Shown here: positions 14,401-27,880 of the stretch, piece by piece
Numbering within the stretch: position 1 is the first letter of the stretch
Layout: each line of letters opens with the position of its first letter
NCBI GenBank assembly: GCA_951406725.2
Contig: OX597827.1
Span: forward strand, 64,046,001 to 64,110,000
Direction of reading: 5' to 3'
Length of the DNA stretch: 64,000 nt
Origin: Octopus vulgaris
Lineage: Eukaryota
The notes under the pieces: generated by a model
Seen by the model: only the letters and a program-made list of their open reading frames with translations
Told to the model about the DNA's origin: nothing
Database searches by the model: none
Position numbers and translations under genes: made by a program

Positions 14401-15856
14401 GATTTTTATACATGAAGTTCTGTTTGTTTATTACATGATAATAATAATTGAAATGTATGTGTTATTCTATTTATCAATACAATAATGACAATTATACAAT
14501 ATAGTTCTGTTTGTTTATTATACAAATACGTCTACCCTTAGCGTAGTTCTCAGGGAGATTCAGCATGACACAGAGTGTGACAAGGCTGCACTTTTGAAAT
14601 ACAGGTTCTACTCATTTTTGCCATGTTAGTGGACTGGAGCAACGTGAAACAAAACGTCTTGCTCAAGGACGCAACGCGTCGCAGGGAAACGAACTTACGA
14701 CCTTATGATAATGAGCCGAATACTCTAACCATTAAGCCACGAACCGTGGTACGAACAATCATCCTCAAAAGCAGTGGAACCACAAGCCTGAAAAGCTAAG
14801 CACCTGACACACAGAGTGTACTGAAGTCAAAGCTCCCACCCTGGAATATTAGAACCATGGTCGATACAGCAGACAGTGATAGCACAGAACGTTGTTCTGT
14901 TTTCGTAATGCATATATCAGCGCTGAATAATTGCATCGTTGCTCTTAGCGTAAATCGACGCAGGAGGAACGCAGTGTGTATCATGACAGCCGCTGCCCTC
15001 TCATACCTATGGCACAACAAAGGCTGGAAATCTATTTTACGGAGTTGAGCATATGATCAGGAATTCAGTTGCCTTGAAGCTCAAAATCTTACCAAGTAAC
15101 TCTCCATATAGCTCGCATTTCAAACCAAGCGACTTACTGCACGCTTCATTGCACCCAGTGCTCTTGAAACTTCTTTCAGTTGCAGAACCACGTGTCAGCA
15201 GTTTTTTTCTTTTTTTTTTTCACACGTTCCATTTTCTTTCTGACAAAACACTTGTTTCGGCTGCGTGAACATTGAAATTCAATGAATTCAGAAGATCAGA
15301 AGACAGAAAGCTTTAGCCACCTTTTTCTCTTCGCTTGTGCTAATAGCATTTCATCCACAATAAGTATCACAACAGCAAGGCAAGAATGGTAACACCATAC
15401 CTTAAAATCTCCTGCCAACCCACCGTTACCAATGCCAGTTAGTCCCTGTTTCAACTTCGTCTTAGTAACTATAAATCTCTTGGCATAAATTAAGGGTTCT
15501 AAATAGTCTCCCTGGTCAAGGAATACTTTGAACTAAGCTCTATAATAGATGAATTGTCTGCGATTTTCTTTTTACGCTTTGCTTTGATGTGCAGATGATT
15601 TTGTCGAAATTCGTTCAGCCTCTCCTCGCCAGGTGAATGTTTGCATTTTTGTCTGGTTTCCACAATAGTGGTAATGGTTGGTTGTATTTAGGGAAAGACA
15701 AACAGCTTCCTGACGATTTTCAGGGATATAAAACAAAGGGTGAATATGATAAGCACCTTCTTAGATTCACGCATGCGGTGGGATGGAAATTGGGGGAGAT
15801 AACTCAATCTGAAAAGCAGTGCGTGAGGTGCATCGACGAAATTAGAATGTTAGGTA

Positions 15857-16376
15857 CCGTAAATCTTCGAGTATAGTCCGCCCTTGTGTATAACACGCAA
15901 GGAATTTTAAGGGGCTGTACCTCTGAAAAACCTAAACCTGGTGTATAATACGCACCCCTTCTCTAACTTGAGTCGTGCGTAATTAAGCTAGCAGCACCTA
16001 GTCGAACAAACACTTCCGCGCATACGTAATACAATAATGGTGATGTTTTTAACTGTTATATGGGAATGTAAATATGTTTGCAAATTGTTTTTGTTACATG
16101 TTATTCTGTGTTCTGAATAGTTTTATTTTAATAAATGTTGCTTACTGCAAGTTATGAGTAATTCTTTTATGACTTCATTGCTTTCAGGCTTAGCTTAAGG
16201 TATTTTCGCGCCCGACATCACAAAATGCGTCTGGATAAACATTGCCTGACAGCAAATAGAGACTCGGACATTGCTTAGAAAATATTTTTCATTTTTAACC
16301 TCGTATATAGTACGCACTAGAGATTTTGACCATTAAATTTTGGGGAAAAATGCGGATTATACACGAGGATTTACGG
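15857..16376. mobile_element. MITE of pogo/Tc2 (Tc1-mariner) type
   Basis: TIRs CCGTAAATCTTCGAGTATAGTCCGC / GCGGATTATACACGAGGATTTACGG, flanked by TA on both sides; no ORF. Confidence 0.8.
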
Positions 16377-17906
16377 TACACGTTTTTGTGATCCTTTGGT
16401 CAATGTTGCAGACATTAATATGGCGTTTCTAGAAGTTGTCACATAAACAAAGCGTTCTGTTTTGCTTACATACAACTCAATATGCGCAGACTTCGCACGT
16501 ATTGATGTACATGACGTTGGATAGTTAACATGTTGAGCGTTATGTTATAAATAGTTTCCGCATATTTATTTAGAGATAACAATGTTTAGAAAAGTTTATA
16601 ATCCAAGCTCTGTTCTCAGAAAACATATGTGTGTGTTTCAGTTATCGTATGTATGTATGTATTGTTGTTGTTCCTTCTCGAGCCATGCCTGGCTCAGAAG
16701 GGCCGGTTTCCCGGTTTCCTTGGCGTATAGGTTCCCCACCTGGACGGGACGCCGGTCCGTCGCAGGTGAGCTGGAAGATGCAGGAGGAAAGAGTGAGAGA
16801 AAGTTGTGGCGAAAGAGTCGGCAGTAGTTTCGCCATTACCCTCTGCCGGAGCCGCGTGGAGCTTAGGTGTTTCGCTCATAAACACACACATCGCCCGGTC
16901 TGAGATTCGAACCCGCGATACCTCGACCGCGAGTCTGCTGCTCTAACCACTAGGCCATGTGCCTCCACTAATGTTTCTTCTCAAGCCATGCCAGGCTTAT
17001 AAGGCCGGATTCCCGGTTTCAGTGGCGTACATATTCCCCACCTGGACGGGACTCCAGTCCATCGCAGCTTTACTCATTTTTGCCAGCTGAGTGGACTGGA
17101 GCAACGTGAAATGAAGTGTTTTGCTCAAGAACACAACGCATCGCCCTGTCTAGGGATCGAAACCACAACGTTACGATCATGAGTTCAACACCCTAACCAT
17201 TAAGCTACGCGCCTCCACTTATGTATGTATAGAGATGTTTTATTTTAAATGAGAAATACGTAGCAGTTGGAATTTCTGTTTAATTCTATTTGTAGAGTAA
17301 TTACATATCAAAACAAATGAGTGGAAAATTTGGTATGTTTATAATTCCATACCAAATTTTTCCAGTCTTTTGTTTTGAATATGTAATTACTCGGTATGTT
17401 TATAATGTCATGTGAAGCCGCATGGCTCAGTGGTTAGAGCGTCGGGCTCACAATCATGAGTTTGTGCGTTCGATTCCCGGACCGAGCTGCGTGTTGTGCT
17501 CTTGCTCTTGCTCTTGTTCTTGAGCGATACACTTTATTTCATGTTGCTCCAGATCACTCAGCTGTAGAAACGAGTTGCGACGTCATTGGTGTCAAACTGT
17601 AACAGCCTTTTCTTTTCTCTTGAATGCTATCGGTGTCATGGTATGCTTGGGTGACTGCTATTGATATAAGCTAGCTTTCTTAATTTGCATTGATTTGTGA
17701 AGTTGTGAAGATTCAATTGCACTGTATACTGCGCCGCATGTATATTAATGCAAACATGTAAGTATAATTTCTTCCACATTGAAATTATTATTACATGGAG
17801 AAGGTTGTGAAACGGCCGTAACCCTAAGGTTGTTCCATAGTTAGATAAATAAATATATATTCACTTCTCATACTTCCTGATCTGTATGGTTTACGAGGAG
17901 TTATCA

Positions 17907-18467
17907 AAACTTATATTTACAAAGTTAGTTAAAGTTCTCGTATTTCGGTAATTTCAACCAATCAATGACATTTATTCAGCTGAATAAAATTACTGCTGTT
18001 GTTTGTCAACAAGAACTTCCGGCGGTGTATATTTCGTTTGTCACTGTTATTTATGACAACTCTAACCCTAAAACCTTAATCCTCACCCTAACCCTAAAAC
18101 TCTAACCCTAACCCCAAAACCCTAATCCTAACCCGAAAACCCTAACCCTAAAACCTAAACTTAAAACCAGTACAAATGCACGAACGATGTCATAAATAAC
18201 AGCAACAAACGAAAAATACACCGCCGATAGTTGTTGTTGACAAACAATGGCAGTGATTTTATTCAGCTGAACATAGGTCATTGATTGGTTGAAATTACCG
18301 AAATACGCCAACTTTAACGTGAAATTACTCCGTAAATATAAGTTTTTCTCAAAAACGCTAAGAGTAAAAGATGTTTTATATGACATGTTATACCAGTGTC
18401 CGAAGTTTGAAAGTGTTTTGTTACAAAAAATTATTTTTTAAATCTGTCGGTCAAAAGGTAAAGATCC
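17907..18467. mobile_element. GGATC-terminal TIR element (left end lost) with internal telomere-like (TAACCC)n
   Basis: ~150-bp inverted arms at 17907-18058 and 18188-18347, degenerate CCCTAA array at 18062-18160, right end AAAGATCC at 18467. Confidence 0.7.
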
Positions 18468-18677
18468 GAACTCCCGATTGACGGTCTGGCCCTGGGGGAT
18501 GAATTCTCGATGCACAGTACCACATTTCCGAGGGTGACGCTCGTGGCACGTGTTCCAGATCGCCCATCGTCTTCCAAGGACGGTCTTCCGCTTTTGAAGA
18601 GCCTGTGCCACTCGAAACATTACGGTAAGGTTGCCGAAGCATGCTGAATGCCTCTGTAGCAGACTCCCCAAATTCAA

Positions 18678-18680
<3 letters not shown>
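18468..18680 (-). mobile_element. Internally deleted mariner transposase fragment
   Basis: Translations GESATEAFSMLRQ (HTH region) and VHREFIPQGQTVN (catalytic region) are typical of mariner transposases. Confidence 0.7.
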
Positions 18681-18741
<61 letters not shown>

Positions 18742-18763
18742 CGTGCGTGCGTGTGTGTGTATG

Positions 18764-18797
<34 letters not shown>

Positions 18798-20564
18798 TGT
18801 ATGTTTGTACCACGCACTTCCATTTAGCTTCTAACAATTTTCATACTCGTGGTACTCCGTCGGTTACGACGACAAGGGTTCCAGTTGATCCGATCAACGA
18901 AACAGACTGCTCGTGAAATTAACGTGCAAGTTGCTGAGCACTCCACAGACACGTGTACCCTTAATCTAGTTCTTGTGAAGATTCAGCGTGACACAGTGTA
19001 TGACAAGGCTGGCCCTTTGAAATGCAAGTACAACAGATACAGGAAGAAAGAGAGAAAGTTGTAGTGAAAGAGTACAGCAGTGTTCGCCACCACCCGCTGC
19101 CTGGACCTCGTGGAGGTTTAGGTGTTTTCGTTCAATAAACGCTCACAACACCCGGTCTGGGAATCGAAGCCGCGATCCTACGACCGCGAGTCCGCTGCCC
19201 TAACCATTGGGCCATCACGCCTCCACTTCATGTTTACTCAGAAAGCAATGTTTAGCCTAGTTACTTGACCTAGTTGCAGTGCAGCGAGAATGAACCCAAG
19301 GCGGCGAGCTAGCAGAATCGTTAGCACGTCGGGCGAAATGCTTAGCGGTATTTCGTCTGCCGTTACGTTGTGAGTTCAAATTCCGCCGAGGTCGACTTTG
19401 CCTTTTATCCTTTCGGGGTTGATAAATTAAGTACCAGTTACGCACTGGGGTCGATGTAATCGACTTAATACCTATGTCTGTCCTTGTTTGTCCCCTCTGT
19501 GTTTAGCCCCTTGTGGGTAATAAAGAAATAGGTATTTCGTCTGCCGTTACGTTGTGAGTTCAAATTCCGCCGAGGTCGACTTTGCCTTTTATCCTTTCGG
19601 GGTCGATAAATTAAGTACCAGTTAAGCACTGGGGTCGATATAATCGACTTAATACCTATGTCTGTCCTTGTTTGTCCCCTTGTGGGTAATAAAGAAATAG
19701 GTACAATAGACACGACATTAATGAGTGTGAGTGGTACGGGAGTGGGTAGGAAATTCTTATATCCGGATATTCTTATATCCGGATATTCTTATCTGCCGAC
19801 TACAGGAATCGTGATATACAGACTCTTCCTTTGTTTTCCAGAGTGAAGATTGTTTGAAGCTTACTCTACAAGCATTCCGGACCTTGATTTTCGTATTGTA
19901 GTTGTTATTACTGTCTGTAATCAGGAGGGGCCTCATCTCTATCATCTTCCTCACCCTTTTTTTTCTTTAAACTTTTATATACTCTTTTACTCTTTACTCT
20001 TTTACTTGTTTCAGTCATTTCACTGCGGCCATGCTGGAGCACCGCCTTTAGTCGAGCAACTCGACCCCGGGACTTATTCTTTTTGCAAGCCCAGTACTTA
20101 TTCTATCGGTTTCTTTTTGCCGAACCGCTAAGTGACGGGGACGTAAACACACCAGCATCGGTTGTCAAGCAATGCTAGGGGAACAAACACAGACACACAA
20201 CACACACACACATACATGTATACGACAGTTTCCGTCTACCAAATCCACTCACAAGGCATTGGTCGGCCCGGGGCTATAGCAGAAGACACTTGCCCAAGAT
20301 GCCACGCAGTGGGACTGAACCCGGATCATGTGGCTGGTTAGCAAGCTACTTACCACACTGCCACCCTGCGCCTATGTATATTTCTCTTCCTTTTCATTCA
20401 ATACCATGTATACTTACATTTGGTTTTGTTACACAATTAATCATTTCATTATAAGTAAATCCCCAACACTTTGTGTCTGTATTCTGATAGTTCCCCTCAT
20501 CTTTCACCCTGGTGGCAGATAAATGAAATTATTATTATTATTTTTATTATTATTATTATTTTTA

Positions 20565-20654
<90 letters not shown>

Positions 20655-20658
<4 letters not shown>

Positions 20659-20992
20659 TAGTTTTATTTTTATAGCGTGCTTTCACTTCACTACCGAGTG
20701 CAGCTCTGTGTGCCTTGGGTATGTGCTGTGATTTGTTGTGATGCTCTGATGGTTATTGTATGGAAAGTGTTCTGCGTAGGATGTGTGCAGTGCCTAGTAG
20801 TGCAATTTTCTGTATGTTATATGTGTTTGTATATCTCTATTATTTTCCTTCCATATTTTATATGTATGTGTTGTTGTATTTTCATTTTGTGGGTAGAGCA
20901 TTGCTGTGAAGTATGCGTGTAAGATAGAAATGTATTCCTCACGTGTCCATTTACGTCTTTTGGGTTTTAATTGCGGGACATGTTGCGGGACA
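20655..20992 (-). mobile_element. 3' end of R4/Dong-type RLE non-LTR element
   Basis: Minus strand encodes IALLGTAHILRRTLSIQ*, near-identical to 30861-31030; flanked by (TTA)n on both sides. Confidence 0.7.
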
Positions 20993-21052
<60 letters not shown>

Positions 21053-21066
21053 CATCATCATTATTA

Positions 21067-21130
<64 letters not shown>

Positions 21131-21168
21131 CATCATCATCATCATTATTATTATTATTGTTGTTGTTG

Positions 21169-21214
<46 letters not shown>

Positions 21215-21257
21215 CATCATCATCATCATCATCATCATTATTATTATTGTTATTATA

Positions 21258-21292
<35 letters not shown>

Positions 21293-21329
21293 CATCATCA
21301 TCATCATCATCATTATTATTATTATTATT
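20993..21329. repeat. (TTA/TCA/TTG)n trinucleotide microsatellite
   Basis: Directly visible; similar tracts at 20528-20654, 21883-22095 and 30724-30860. Confidence 0.98.
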
Positions 21330-21882
21330 GAGTGAGAGAGCAGTGCATGCCATCAAAGTGACACTGGGGTAAAATATACGAAGCCCAGTATACCCATCAT
21401 GACTACCCGTCTGATAAGGATACACCAGGCACATGCATCACAACCATATGTGCGTGACATGATGATCTTATATCAAGATAAACAACGCATGACCTTGCAG
21501 GTGGGGCCCAGTTAGAATTTTCTTCCGGTCGAGTAACCCACCCCGCTCGAAAGGTCCCTGAATAAGGATTGCTTAAGGATGTTGAACAAGCCACCCATGC
21601 TTCCAAAGGTGAATTATCCAAACCTCCAAGAATCCATCTCAACATATGGCTATGATGCTCCTCCACTACTTCTGCTCGTGATCAGATGCACATATCGTCA
21701 GCCACAAAGGGACATGCTCAGCTGGTTAGGGTCAAACAACTGACAAGCAAATTTGTGGTATTGAGCAGAATGTTTGCTGTAGCCCATCTTTTATACCAAG
21801 ACAAAGCAATGTACATGATAATACTTCCAATCAGTTAAGATCAGATGCCATGAGAGCCACTGCCTGGTACTGCATCAGGGCA
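21330..21882. mobile_element. ~550-bp non-coding interspersed element embedded in (TTA)n; second copy at 36372-36950, fragment at 48885-48990
   Basis: Collinear, high-identity copies; both full copies are bordered by TTA repeats. Confidence 0.7.
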
Positions 21883-21892
21883 TTTATTATTA

Positions 21893-21953
<61 letters not shown>

Positions 21954-22013
21954 CATTATTATTAATAATAATATTATTATTATTATTATCATTATTATTA
22001 TTATCATTATTAT

Positions 22014-22091
<78 letters not shown>

Positions 22092-22098
<7 letters not shown>

Positions 22099-22300
22099 TC
22101 TGCCTTAGCGAAGGCAGAGGTATTGCTTTTGGTCGTGTTTGTTTGTTTGTTTGTTTGTTCGTGGACAAGATATCTCAAGAACCGCTGGATAGATTTGGAT
22201 GAAACTTCAGGGATGTTTGGCCTCGTGACTGGCTCAAATTGGTTAGATTTTGGGATCGATCCGGCGCCAGACAAGGATTCTGGATTATTTGTTATGTTTA
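22092..22300 (+). mobile_element. Non-autonomous DNA element, possibly Crypton/Helentron-like; second copy at 51290-51440
   Basis: Terminal hairpin ACCTCTGCCTT-AGCG-AAGGCAGAGGT followed by (GTTT)n and a conserved CAAGATATCTCAAGAACCGCTGG block in both copies. Confidence 0.5.
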
Positions 22301-23210
22301 CTTTACATGAAGTATTACTATCTTACGTTCACTTTCGAGTCTTTCTCTGATTATCTCCCTTGTAAACACGCTCACGGTTTCCACGTAGGTTATGGTGGCA
22401 TTACTGTTTCCAAAGTTTTATTTTCGTTTCTCTATTATTAATTTTACTTGCGTTTCTATCCTAGTAGAGACTAATGGATAAAGAAATCAAACTATGATAC
22501 ATAAACAAACGGCAGCAAAACCGTTCAGAAATTAAATAGTACTAACATATTCAGTAACAATAATATAAATTTAATTTATACTCAACAATTTTTAGTTTTA
22601 CCAATTTGGAATAATCACTTCTGTTTAAAACCTTTTACCTACTTGACAACTGCACTTCTGGCTCTACCGTCAAGGAAGCGTTACTTCTTGAACTCACGTT
22701 TTTGTGTGCAACGATGTTGTTAAACTTCCGTTAACAACACCATATGCAGGTCCCACATAGTATACCCACATATCTACACATTGAATTAATTATATACCAA
22801 CAAATCTCTGTAACGGTCTCCTTTCAAACTAAGCAGATTCGCCATTTTCTTAGAGACCGGTTAAGATTTAGCTAAGACGTGCTTAAATATAGCTAAAAGA
22901 GAAATCTACATATATACACATATTAAATTTAAAATGAGGGTGAGAAATTGGATATTAATTTAATTAATATCAATTTAACACCAGTGGTCTAGCATATTAA
23001 ATTGTATTACATTATATAATACAATTGTTCAGTAAATTGTATTATATACATATGAGAAGGATGATCACTATGTGGAAAACACTTATGCTAGAATTTCTAG
23101 CACAAGGGTTGTCCACATAGTGGTCATCCCTCTCATTTGTATAAATACACATATTATATATACACATATTATATATACACATATTATATATACATATACA
23201 AATGCATGTT

Positions 23211-23265
<55 letters not shown>

Positions 23266-23464
23266 ATACGTACATTCATACATACATACATACATACATA
23301 CATACATACATACATACATACATACATACATACATACATACATGTATATGTATATATACATACATGCATACGTACATATTGTTTTTATTTTATTTTATCT
23401 AGATTCAGCTCACGAGCTGTGGCCATGCTGGGGCACCGCCATTTGGTGTTGCTACATAATTTTA

Positions 23465-23711
23465 CTTCACGAATGCTTTTTAAGAATTGACATATGGTGC
23501 ATGAGAGAGTTTGATGCAGCTGCTCTCATCTGCACCTCCTGCCGCAAAGTTGGTTCATGTGGGACACTTGACAGGAAGTGGTCCTGCTTTATTTTGAAGA
23601 CACCTACATCCACCCCATGCAGGTCTCTCAGGTCCTTCGGGAGGATATTGAAGAGCTGTAGACCTCTGAAGCCCAGGCTATTGCAGTATCTTGTCCTACA
23701 TCTTGATGGCA

Positions 23712-23712
<1 letters not shown>
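23465..23712 (-). mobile_element. LINE ORF2 C-terminal fragment
   Basis: [35 protein letters not shown] is a typical non-LTR ORF2 C-terminus. Confidence 0.65.
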
Positions 23713-23810
<98 letters not shown>

Positions 23811-24024
23811 ATGAAGTTTAATAAATCTTTTATGAGATTAATTCCGAAATTGATTCAATATAGAGATAACGAAATTTAGAAATTCTAACGGTCAGTTCGC
23901 CCGACTTCAGTTCTTCGATTTTTTTTTTCTGTAGCGAGTAGATTATATGTGGAAATTGACGATTTAATAGTCTATCATCAGCATATTGGCTTTGAAATAA
24001 TTTTCTTTAGCTCTTACTTATAAG

Positions 24025-24063
<39 letters not shown>

Positions 24064-24855
24064 TCAACAGATGAGATCAAGAGATTCTCAGCATAGAAAA
24101 CACTTAGTAGCGCTCAAATGATTCAAGCTTAGACTCCGATGTTTTGACAGGGGATGGGGATCAATTCCGTGGGGGGTAAAGAATGGTTGTAAGAGGGGCC
24201 AAGTTGAGCAAATATGGAGCCAGTTATGCAGATAAACAAATTAGATATATTAAATATAACAGCTTGGTTATGAAATACAATATATATATATATATATGTG
24301 TGTGTACATGCAAAATGAAAGAACACAAAAGCTGGCGGATTTTCAGACAATTACTATTTACAGTTCTATATTTAAGAGATGAGGAATTATGTACATTATT
24401 TACATTATTTACATTTGACGTGCATATGGCGTAGTGGTTAAGAGCGCGGGCTACTAACCCCAAGATTCTGAGTTCGATTCCAGGCAGTGACCGGAGTAAT
24501 AATGAAAGATAAAATCGATTTCGGGTCATTATGCCAATAATAAATACACGCGCTGGTTCTATTTCATTTCTTTATTATTTATCTGTTAATTGGTCAATTA
24601 AGTAACCAATTAACTAAGCGATTGTTTCATTAATCGTTCTGTTAATCAATCAGGTAGATTTCTCAAATTCCTTTCGTCTTCATTTGCGAGCTTATCAATG
24701 ATACGCTCCCAATATTAATAATCTTTCAAACCAATTAAAAAGCAGACATATAATTATTGTATATTTGTGATTTTTAGTAATTTTAGCCGAATCAATATCA
24801 ACGTTACATTTATGACCGTAAATTCCTTTCATGACCCTCACCCACTATCACCACT

Positions 24856-25237
24856 TTAATCATCACCACTGCTATCATTCACCACCACCACAACCACCAC
24901 TATCACCACTACCACCACTGCCACCACTACAACCACTACCACGACCACTGAAGAAGCCGCCACTGCCTTCATCGTCATCATTTTCTTCGCAACTGCCTTC
25001 TTCATCATCGTCGTCGTCATCATCGTCATCCTTTTTTTTCTCTCTTTTTCTTTTTCTTTTTATATTCTTTTTTACTTTTCTCTTTGCATTTTTTTACCTT
25101 TTCCTTCTTTGTCACCTCCGCGGGATAAAAGTCCCTCTCTGGGATGTTCTTGTCATTATATGAAACCATTTCTCTATCATTTCGGCGACAACAAATTAGT
25201 TTTTGAAGTGCAGAAGGCAATTTTTTCAGTTAAATCT
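24856..25237 (-). pseudogene. Disrupted paralog of the 39570-40286 gene
   Basis: Same acceptor context (TTTTCAG|AGATTT). CCRRNDREMVSYNDKNIPERDFYPAEV aligns with CCRRTDEEMIPYHDKDTPKVVVYSLEV. The start is TTG rather than ATG. There is a frameshift in the A-run before the D/E/G/S tail and a second shift before the homologous GATTAAAGTG stop. Confidence 0.55.
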
Positions 25238-25339
25238 CTGAAAAATACAAAGATTAAAAGAAGTTAAGTAATTTGTTTAGACAAGAAGAAGAAAAACAAA
25301 CAAATATATTTCACAAAAAAGGAGAGAAGGGGCATTAAA

Positions 25340-25551
25340 GAGAGAGAGAGGGAGTGAGAGAGAGAAACAGAGAGAGCGAGAAACAGACTGAAAGACAGAG
25401 TGAGTGAGAGAGAGAGAGAGAGAGAGAATGAGAAACAGACAGAAAGACAGAGTGAGAGAGAGATAAACAGAGAGAAAGATTGACAAACAAAATCAATGAG
25501 TGAGGATGAGAGTGAGTGAGAGAGAGGGAAAGTAACAGACAGAAAGATAGT

Positions 25552-25592
<41 letters not shown>

Positions 25593-25747
25593 ACAGACTG
25601 AAAGATAGAGTGAGTGAGAGAGAGAGGGAAAGAGAAACAGACTGAAAGATAGAGTGAGTGAGAGAGAGAGGGAGAGAGAGAGAAAAACAGACAGAAAGAT
25701 AGTTAAAGTGAATGAGAGAGCGAGGAACAGAGTGAGTGAGACAGAGT

Positions 25748-25795
<48 letters not shown>

Positions 25796-25880
25796 GACAG
25801 AAAGATAGACAAACAAAATGAGTGAGTGAGAGTGAGTAAGTGAGAGAGAAAGAGAGAACAACAGAGACACGAAGAGAAAA
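25340..25880. repeat. GA-rich low-complexity/minisatellite tract
   Basis: (GA)n interleaved with recurring AAACAGACTGAAAGATAGAGTGAGT units. Confidence 0.9.
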
Positions 25881-27329
25881 GTAGGCACACATATTGTATA
25901 ACAGGCAAATATACATATTCTTTTCTGCTGTAAGCACAAGGCCTGACATTTTGGGGGGAGGGGTCAGTCGATTGGATCGATCTCAGTACGCAACTGGTAC
26001 CTAATTTATCGACCCTGAAAGGATGAAAGGCTAAGTCGACCTCGACGGAATTTGACAGAAGAAATACCTATTTCTTTACTACCCACAACGGGCTAAACAC
26101 AGAGGGGACAAACAAGGACAGACAAACAGATTAAGTCGATTATATCGACCCCAGTGCGTAACTGGTACTTAATTTATCGACCCCGAAAGGATGAAAGGCA
26201 AAGTCGACCTCGGCGGAATTTGAACTCAGAACGTAGCGGCAGACGAAATACCGGTAAGCATTTCACCCGGCGTGCTAAAGTTTCTGCTAGCTTTCCGCTT
26301 TAATTAATGATAATTATGATTTCAAATTTTGGCACAAGACCAGTAATTACGTGGAGAGGAGTAATTTGATTACATCGACCCCCATGGAATGTCGATCGGC
26401 GGAATTTGAACTCAGAACGTATGGGCTGACGAGATGCCGCTAAGCATTTTGCTCTGCATGCTAACGGGTTTCGAATTTTGAATCCAGACCAGCAATTTCT
26501 GGAGAGCGGGTAAGTCGATTATATCGATAGCAGTATTTGACTGTTACTTAATTTATTAACCCCGAAAGGATGAATGGTTAAGTCGACCTCAGCAGAAATT
26601 GTACCCAGATGGCCACAGAAAAAAAAAAGGTGGGATAGACGTTCACAGGGCGGAAGACAGGCTAGCTCCATGTCGTGTAGGCCGCCTCACACTCCACGAT
26701 CACAATATGTTCAGTTGTGTTGTGGAGAACCCTGTTGGAGAGGACACGGCAAGATGTCCCTGACGAGAGAAACGCCGGTGGGGCCAGTGATACTGGAAAC
26801 CGGAAGCGAGGTCGCTATATCTGACGGGTAAGGTGGTCTGTTGCCATCCAATGTCGTCAGATCAGACATTACATTTGTAGCGAACTCTAGTGAACTTCCT
26901 CTAAGGTCTAACCACTGACCACTTTACAGCGACCTCCATCTCCGTCTCTCACCGATGTCGTCAACAACATCTGCAGAGCACCAACACACTGCGCTGGTTC
27001 TAAGATATCGCTGTTCGTGAGCTTTCCTCATTAGGGTTAACAGCTAACATGCAACCCACGCAGATACATGTAGATATATGAATAAATGTACATCAACCAC
27101 TTTCATTTAGCATTCAGATTGGGTATGTACGTGTGGCCACATTAAAGGTATTTAAAGTCACAGCCTTGTTTATGTATTCTTTCTACCGGGTTTCCTATCA
27201 AATGATAGTACAGCCTTCTGAGTAGAGTCACATTAGATGACTCCACGACATATAAATCTATACTTTTCTTCATTGAACAATTTAAGTTCACTGGGTGGAC
27301 TTAAATGAGCTTTCTGACCATGTTAGAAT

Positions 27330-27880
27330 AGAAAACATCACCATGAATGCGAGTGCTTTGCTCCAGCGATTGTATCAATGTGTGATAGCTAACTTAAAGT
27401 CATGTTATATGAGAAAAGCTTTCTAACAACTTATGAAAGCAATTCAGAGCGTGGATAAACTTACAGTTAGAGACTTCTGGAAAAAATTCAACATGATGGA
27501 TACCATGAACAACATAGTCGAGTCTGGGATGAAGTGAAATCCACTACTTTAAAAGGTGTTTGGAATAATATTTGGCCAGACTGTGTCCACAGGCAGAATG
27601 TCTACATCGAATTTAGAAAGATATTGTGACACTTGCAAATGATATAGGAGTTAAAAGGTCATACAGAGTGATATGCTTGTGTTGCTAGTGTGTAACAGAG
27701 AAATTTTATCTAACGAGGAACTGATGTTGTTAGATCAAGAGCATTCTAAGAATACAGATGTGAATGTGGAAATTCCACCCACTCTACTTTAACTGACTGC
27801 AAAGAATATTTGGCACCGATAGAAAAAGATGTGCAAATGTTTATTGATAATGACCCTAATTGTGCACGTAACATAAAAAT
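27330..27880 (+). mobile_element. Decayed Tigger/pogo transposase C-terminal half
   Basis: Frameshifted translation LLQ.LYQCVIANLKSCYMRK..TVRDFWKKFNMMD..WDEVKSTTLKGVWNNIWPDCV..LSNEELM matches the Tigger/TIGD pattern. Confidence 0.7.

Noticed and set aside
14760-15850. Possible exon or decayed transposase in non-repetitive-looking sequence
   Set aside because: No recognisable motifs or sustained ORF; it needs a profile search.
26640-26900. Possible RLE-type LINE fragment on the minus strand (YPSDIATSL)
   Set aside because: The similarity is too short to support a call.
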